DNA from: Fibrobacterota bacterium
GTDB lineage: Bacteria; Fibrobacterota; Fibrobacteria; UBA11236
Assembly (NCBI GenBank): GCA_043753995.1
Contig: JAYUVP010000082.1
Coordinates: forward strand, 1-15,954
Length of the DNA: 15,954 bases
Direction: 5' to 3'
The notes beneath the pieces were generated by a model, which was not told the origin of the DNA, ran no database searches, and saw only the letters and a list, made by a program, of their open reading frames with translations. Shown one piece after another: positions 14,004 to 15,954 of the stretch; position 1 is the first letter of the stretch, and each line of letters opens with the position of its first letter. Both the position numbers and the translations under genes were made by a program.

Positions 14004-15362
14004 CTATTCTGGCGCTATTGTGGTGCGCCCGAGAGGCGAAACAAGTGGTAATTCGGGCCATAAGCCAAGGGAAAAGCGCGCATTTTTCAAGGTCCGGATG
14101 CCTCGCAAGCCAGGCAAAACCAGACGGTGTCGCCCCGATTCGGTTTGGACCTGCTTCACCCGGCTATCGAAACGCAAGTCGCGAATGGGGCTGCCGAGGA
14201 TGGCAATGCGCATGACCTTGCCTTGGGCATGATCGGTGTAATAGAAAGCGCCATCGGGCCCGAAGGTCATGGCGCTGGCCGAAGTGTTCTGAGCGAATGG
14301 GTAAGAGATATCGGGTATTTTTGGGTCGAGATAGCGTATCCAACTGTCAAAGCCGAAATCGCCGAAGAAATATTTACCCCTTAATTCGGCGGGAAAGGCG
14401 GACGAACCTTCGGCCTTGATGGGAGCGAAGGCCCCGCCCACAATACAACTACCCACGGTCTTTTCGAGGCGGCTACCCGCATTGCCCTCACGCGAATAGG
14501 CCAAGTGCGGATGGACATAACCGGGATGCGTAATGCGATCGAATGCCCCCTCGGTGGCCGGCCAACCAAAATCGCCACCTGCCGCCGCGATATTGATTTC
14601 CTCATAAGCACCTTGGCCTACATCATTGATGAAGAGCCGACCGGTGACAGGTTCGAAAGCGAATGAGAAAGGGTTTCGCAAGCCAAAGGCGTAAATGGCG
14701 CGCGCCTTGCCCGAGGTACGAGCCAGCAGGGGATTGTCGGAAGGTATTTGGGCATTGCTGTCGGCCACTGGCTTGATGCGGATGATTTTACCGAAAAGGC
14801 TTTTCATATCTACTGCATTCTCGGGCCAGGCCACCTCACCATGCGAAGCATAAAGCATGCTGTCGCTGCCGAAATGAAGGCCGCCGCCATTGTGATTATA
14901 CAGGCCACTGCGAGGATAATCGAAAAGTCCCGCTTCCCCTTCAACGGGGTCAGCGACATCGCCACTAGCCTTGAACCGAGCGATGCGATTGTGGTCTTGC
15001 GGGGTTCCCGTAGAATAGAAGACATAGACATTGCCGTTGACCGCGAAGCTGGGATCCAGGGCGATCCCCAAGAGCCCGGATTCGGCTCCGGCCTCCGTGC
15101 CCTGTATCTTGGCGGTTACGGTGGCGAAAGAAGTGGCGAGCAGGGTGCCGTCTTTCACAATGCGCACGCGCCCCGCCTTTTCCGTAACGAAAAGCCGCCC
15201 ATCAAGAGCGAAGGCCAAGGCGGTGGGATATTGCAGGCCGGTGACCAAAGGTAAGGCGGCAAAGCCCTCAATGGTTTTTACTTGGGCTTGGGGTGCTTGC
15301 ACCGCTAAGGCGAATAAGCAGATCCAAGCGATTCGGAATGGTCGGATTTGAGAGGGGGGCAT
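14004..15362 (-). CDS. Secreted glucose/sorbosone dehydrogenase-family (aldose sugar dehydrogenase YliI-like) protein
   Basis: AGGAGG SD, signal peptide (..APQA|Q). PTALAFALDGRLFVTEKAGRV, ESGLLGIALDPSF, HNGGGLHFG, FGLRNPF, DVGQGAYEEIN, FGWP, YFFGDF, FGPDGAFY. Basic tail ending SPLGR. Confidence 0.9.
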   Translation of the reverse strand: MPPSQIRPFRIAWICLFALAVQAPQAQVKTIEGFAALPLVTGLQYPTALAFALDGRLFVTEKAGRVRIVKDGTLLATSFATVTAKIQGTEAGAESGLLGIALDPSFAVNGNVYVFYSTGTPQDHNRIARFKASGDVADPVEGEAGLFDYPRSGLYNHNGGGLHFGSDSMLYASHGEVAWPENAVDMKSLFGKIIRIKPVADSNAQIPSDNPLLARTSGKARAIYAFGLRNPFSFAFEPVTGRLFINDVGQGAYEEINIAAAGGDFGWPATEGAFDRITHPGYVHPHLAYSREGNAGSRLEKTVGSCIVGGAFAPIKAEGSSAFPAELRGKYFFGDFGFDSWIRYLDPKIPDISYPFAQNTSASAMTFGPDGAFYYTDHAQGKVMRIAILGSPIRDLRFDSRVKQVQTESGRHRLVLPGLRGIRTLKNARFSLGLWPELPLVSPLGRTTIAPE

Positions 15363-15443
15363 AATCCTCCTGGGGCGGGGCCAGGCTCATTCTCCCATCG
15401 CATGGGGACAGGCGCAATGCCCATTGGGCGACTCTGACACACG

Positions 15444-15449
15444 ATTATA
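15444..15449 (-). promoter_or_regulatory. Consensus -10 hexamer upstream of the third dehydrogenase
   Basis: TATAAT on the minus strand ~80 nt upstream of ATG 15362. No canonical -35: CCATCC occupies that position. Confidence 0.4.
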
Positions 15450-15542
15450 ACGCTAAGGCAAGGCTTGGATGGATTTTATCAATAGGATTTCCAGTGCATT
15501 TAAATACTTTGACATCATTCCATCCAGGGTAGGTCTATCCAC

Positions 15543-15954
15543 TTGCATCTCCCAGCGCCTCTCGATAAAATCCGCCAGTTTATAAAACACTCGCATACAC
15601 GCGAGAAAATACTGGCGAATCCGATGATGAAATGGATGGGACCGTGGATTCAGGCACATCATCTCTGGGACTGGTCGAAACAGGGTGTCGCCATGGGAAT
15701 GGCGGTTGGGGTTTTCGTCGGTATCCTCATTCCCGTTGCCCAAATTCCCGTGAGTGCCGGATTGGTGGTGGTGGTCAGGGCCAATTTGCCCGCCGCAGCC
15801 GCCGGTACCTTTATTTCAAATCCGTTCACGACGCCAGCCATCCTTTATGGAGCCTACCAATTGGGGGTATGGGTTACCGGTGAAAGGAAAGCGCATGAAA
15901 TCGAACCGCCGCCGACCTTGCCAGGAGTCGAACCCAAAGACTCGAAAAAATTCT
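15543..15954 (+). CDS. DUF2062-like membrane protein (5' part; runs off right edge)
   Basis: Hand translation from TTG 15543, open to the edge: ...REKILANPMMKWMGPWIQAHHLWDWSKQGVAMGMAVGVFVGILIPVAQIPVSAGLVVVVRANLPAAAAGTFISNPFTTPAILYGAYQLG. The LW...VA.G.A.G, RANLP and NP.T motifs are typical of the family. Confidence 0.8.
   Translation, partial: MHLPAPLDKIRQFIKHSHTREKILANPMMKWMGPWIQAHHLWDWSKQGVAMGMAVGVFVGILIPVAQIPVSAGLVVVVRANLPAAAAGTFISNPFTTPAILYGAYQLGVWVTGERKAHEIEPPPTLPGVEPKDSKKF

Noticed and set aside
15453..15883. ORF-track ORFs 15453-15743 (-), 15632-15883 (+) and 15659-15841 (-)
   Set aside because: Shadows of the DUF2062-like frame starting at 15543.

Overview
Gene-dense accessory region of a Gram-negative bacterium. 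The secretion tails suggest FCB group, probably Fibrobacterota (inference). Left block: a divergent regulator with two GntR-type winged HTHs plus a LacI-type ligand domain (runs off the left edge, absent from the ORF track), two tandem paralogous secreted glucose/sorbosone dehydrogenase-type (GSDH) beta-propellers each preceded by an identical 23-bp box exactly 80 bp before the ATG, and a secreted GH39-like glycoside hydrolase. Right block (minus strand): a third GSDH-type protein, a Crp/Fnr regulator, a tightly coupled operon of ECF sigma factor, membrane anti-sigma with a DUF4384-like periplasmic domain and an exported caspase (peptidase C14) fused to a probable outer-membrane beta-barrel, then a 909-aa secreted protein with a triple ~178-aa repeat. 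A DUF2062-like membrane protein starts at the right edge (also absent from the ORF track). The best candidate for a little-described system is the caspase-based trans-envelope ECF signalling module with matching K-G motifs in protease and anti-sigma. All family assignments are by eye from motifs; no searches were run.
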